Below, in pieces: positions 60,663 to 64,000 of a stretch of DNA of 64,000 nt. Numbering within the stretch: the stretch's first letter is position 1; every line of letters starts with the position of its first letter. The notes below the pieces were generated by a model. That model was not told the DNA's origin. It saw only the letters and a list, made by a program, of their open reading frames with translations, and ran no database searches. The position numbers were made by a program, and so were the translations under genes. This DNA is from Takakia lepidozioides. Taxonomy: Eukaryota; Plantae; Bryophyta. The stretch lies in contig CM060733.1 of NCBI GenBank assembly GCA_030704615.1, forward strand, positions 66,960,001 to 67,024,000. The letters run 5' to 3'.

Positions 60663-62511
60663 TAAACCATTTGCGGCGCTGTCCCTTTCTATTATTTACA
60701 AAAAACGTATATCCAATATTTTTGTTACGGGTCAGTGTCCCCTTCCTCAGTCTCCATGGCATGTCATGAGAGGTTTATTTTTTTCCTCTTGAATATAGGG
60801 TAAAACACCCTATGACCGTTCACCTCATAATTGCTTGGGTCAGGCCTGCATGAGCGACCATGGCTGGGCCCAAGACTGCTCACTTTTGCCACTTGGCAAA
60901 CAGTTGTTTGATAGAACCCCCAAGAAATATGAGTGGTCATAGGGCTCAAACTTCACACAAGCATTCGGATTGGTTCAACTTTGAAACCCCATAACTTTGT
61001 GTGGATTTCATGAAATCATGCACTTCCAAATGTGTTGGGATGCCCCAGATGTGGGGCATCTTATCAATTTATCCGGGGTAAAAACGACAAAAATTCACCG
61101 TTAAATCTTCCGCCATCTTTAGATGAACGGTCATAGGGTGTTCTACCCTATTCGGGCCTTCCTGGGGCCAGTTTAAAAAAAAAAAAAAAAAAAAAATCTA
61201 AAATTGCTACCGTCTAAGTAAGCAAGCTCACTTTAGGGCAAATAAAATGAGGTGGATATGACGATCTACACCGTCAGATCAGAAAAATGTGGTAAGTAGA
61301 AATAGAAAGTAGGAAAGTAAAAGTGGGAAAATTTACAGTTGCCCCGCATTCCCCTCTCGGACTTGTTGTGGGACGCGCACTGCTACACTTCACCTTGCGC
61401 TCTATCAGCGTTCGCTTTCTATCCCCTGCGTTTTTCCCTCCTCTTCTCTCTTACATACTTCTGCCTGCGTGCAGTTGAGGCTGCTTCTTCTCTTCTCAAG
61501 CTCACGCAGCACATTAGTGTAGCTGAAATACTGTCATATCTCTGGTTCTTACTTTCTTACGGTCGTTTTTCACGGCGGAGTATGCTGTGCTCAATCACCC
61601 TGGGGATCCTTTGTATACTCTTCTTCTTCCTGTCAGTCTTGGAGAAACTATGGCAGTATCCGTTTCACGGTTCTTTCTCACAGTGCAGGTGGTTCCCACC
61701 ATATTATCTTGCCTGTCGTCTTCATCTTTCTCGGCCTTGAATATGGTCTCCTCCTTCCCCTTCTCTACCCTCTTTGTCTCCCTCTCTCTCTGCATCTCGC
61801 TCGCATCATTTTGCGCGGGTCTACCAGATGGTGAAAATGTAATAGAAGTCCAAGCCGCCCGCAGTATCTGCCGTCGTCCCTTTGGGAGCTCCAGGCCTAG
61901 AGCTCGGTACACCTCAACCTTTGCTTAAGAAGGAATGCAGGTAGAGCACACAATCATGGGGAAAGGAAAGGCGAGGTACGGTGAAGAATGCATCGGTAGG
62001 GAGACGGAGAGATGCGGACTCTTTTTATTTTCTTATGGCCTCAACCCCTTGCATAAAAAATGTGATACTGGCCCTCTGTGAGAGGATCATGCGTTCTTAA
62101 TCGTTTTCCTTCAGGTCGAAGGCTTGCACGTGAAGATTATCTCTGAATTGAGTTGTCATTAGAGCATAGTTTGTTAGTGGAGCGGGGGGGGGGGGGGGGG
62201 GGCAGGGCAGGGAACGGAGCAAATGTACTTGGCAAAGATTCCTACACGACAACTAGAGCCGGGAAATGGTATTTCTGTTTCCTGCTCCACGGTGGCACGC
62301 TATGGCCGTGAGCCTTGGACTAAGAGCTGGGGTGTTTGTGTGCCGCCTGTTAGACTTTTAAGCAGTACGGTATAACTATTGAGGAGATTTCCAGCTGGGA
62401 ATTCCTGGGTACCCGTTTCAGTAAGCATGCCTGGCACGGGACAGGGGAATTGTGGATTTTTCAAGTCAGTTGAGGAAGAGGCAAAGTGAGTTGTGTTGAC
62501 AGTCTTCGGCT

Positions 62512-64000
62512 ATGTGCAGGTCATGGTGGTGCTGCCGGCAGGCACCCCGGGGTTGGCAGTTGGTGATGTTATTCTTAGCATGGTCAATGTTGTTGCTCCT
62601 GCTCATGCCATGTTTGGCTAGGGGAAGCCATGATTTATTGCAGCCTGGCTTGGAACGCTTGGAGGACTGTGATACGATTTGTGGGGGAAGCCTTGACGAT
62701 GCAAAAGGTGTGTCTGATGAGGCTTTTGTCCTAACCAGGTTTGGTGTCAATGAAAGTTCCCAGTGAATTGAGCGGAGTTTGTGTATATGATGTTGTACAG
62801 AGGTCCTATGGAGAGAGAGAGAGAGAGAGAGAGATGAAGAAGAAGAGGAACAAGACAAAAGAAATTTGTTACGTGAAGAATACAGAGAGAACGTTATTAA
62901 CGGTAGCCTTGGTTCATAGGCTCCGCTCTCAGTTTGGGCGGAACAAAAGGGGTCACACACTACCTTTGTGAGGGGCTCACTCCAGTAGTGGGGACTTACA
63001 TTGGTACAGAGAGAGATGGTGTGAGAGAGAGAGGGGACTCATATTTTCTGGCTCATAGGTTCCTAAGGGTATAATCGAGGCACTTGTTCTTTCTTCCAGC
63101 TTTTCAAAGTGCATGCATGCTCTTAACTCTATTGCAAAAAGTTATGAGTTTGATAGCTATCCTCCCCTATGCCATGCAGGTGGATTTTTCTTCTAAGAAA
63201 TTATTTAGCCCCACATTACTTTAAAGGGTTTGATAATACAGTTGCATGTATGCAGGCTCAATAGAAGCTGCTGCCTATCATTTATTGTGTGCTGGAGGAA
63301 AGAAATGCAGGGAACCTCTGCCTCCATCTGGTGATGCCAGTAGGGCTTTTGCAAACATAGTATCTCTGGCGAAAGGAAGCCAACAAAGGAGCCTGGACTT
63401 CTCTCTTGAAGATGATTTAACTGGGTTAGGGTCAGTAGGAGAGGGAGACCCTCAAAGAACAGCAGGTTTTAGTGCTAAAAGAGAGACCAATGTGCAGACA
63501 AACTCTGAGAAAACTCTCTGTAGAGGTTTGATTAGAGTGGGGAGTGGGGTGTACTGTGCTTCCCCTCTTTCCGGGTTAGGTTCAAAGGCACAGGTGTCAG
63601 TTGATGTGTCTGTGAACACATGTGATTCTCCCAAGAAGAGGGCTTCAAGCTTCCAAGGCTCTTCCTCATCAGCTCCCAATGTAGAAATAGTTCCCCCTCT
63701 CTTGAAGTGGGGACAACAAGTGCTGTTCCAGCCATCAGTTGCTCCATTGACGGTCATCAATACCTGTAACAGTTCAGGGCTGACAGTTTTTTCCCTGTTC
63801 AGCACGAATCCACTATTTTATGCCTCTGGCTTCCAAGAGAGAGTTGTTGCCCCTGGTGGGAAGCTTCTAGTCCCCATCGTCTTTTTACCTCGGTCCCTGG
63901 GGATTACTGGAGGTTTGCTCATTTTGCAAACTAGGGCAGGGGGTTTTCTAGTCCAGACACAGGGGGAGGGCATTGGTTCTCTGTACAAAGCGCAACCTCT
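62512..64000 (+). CDS. Host TMEM131-like protein, 5' part (exon 62512-62707; exon 63256 to window end)
   Basis: Signal-peptide-like exon 1; phase-1 GT-AG intron; stop-free exon 2 encoding VEIVPPLLKWGQQVLFQPSVAPLTVINTCN...FSTNPLFY...IVFLPRSLG...LILQTRAGGFLVQ, typical of the plant TMEM131 N-terminal domain. Confidence 0.88.

Noticed and set aside
61339-61928. Hydrophobic ORFs upstream of the TMEM131-like gene
   Set aside because: They arise from CT-rich promoter or 5' UTR-type sequence.

Overview
Transposon-dense land-plant nuclear DNA (GT-AG introns, PLS-type PPR relics, an unedited mitochondrial rps11 insert). A 500-N gap lies at 8162-8661, and one clear host gene (TMEM131-like) starts at about 62.5 kb. 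Most of 1-56 kb is a nest of large Mutator-like (MULE) DNA transposons, plus two chromodomain Ty3/gypsy LTR elements and LINE relics. The main observation is a repeated element plan: a MULE transposase (GCM-like Zn domain, DDE core, SWIM) sits head-to-head with a multi-exon accessory gene. That gene's product joins a ParB/Srx-like domain (DGNHR) to a beta-class N6/N4 amino-methyltransferase fold whose motif IV is atypical (DIPD). Each subfamily fills its intergenic region, introns and subtermini with its own palindrome around a shared CGGCGCCG core. This suggests, by inference only, a TE-encoded sequence-specific self-recognition or epigenetic system. Domain calls come from reading motifs by eye, not from database searches. 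Some frameshifts may be assembly indels.
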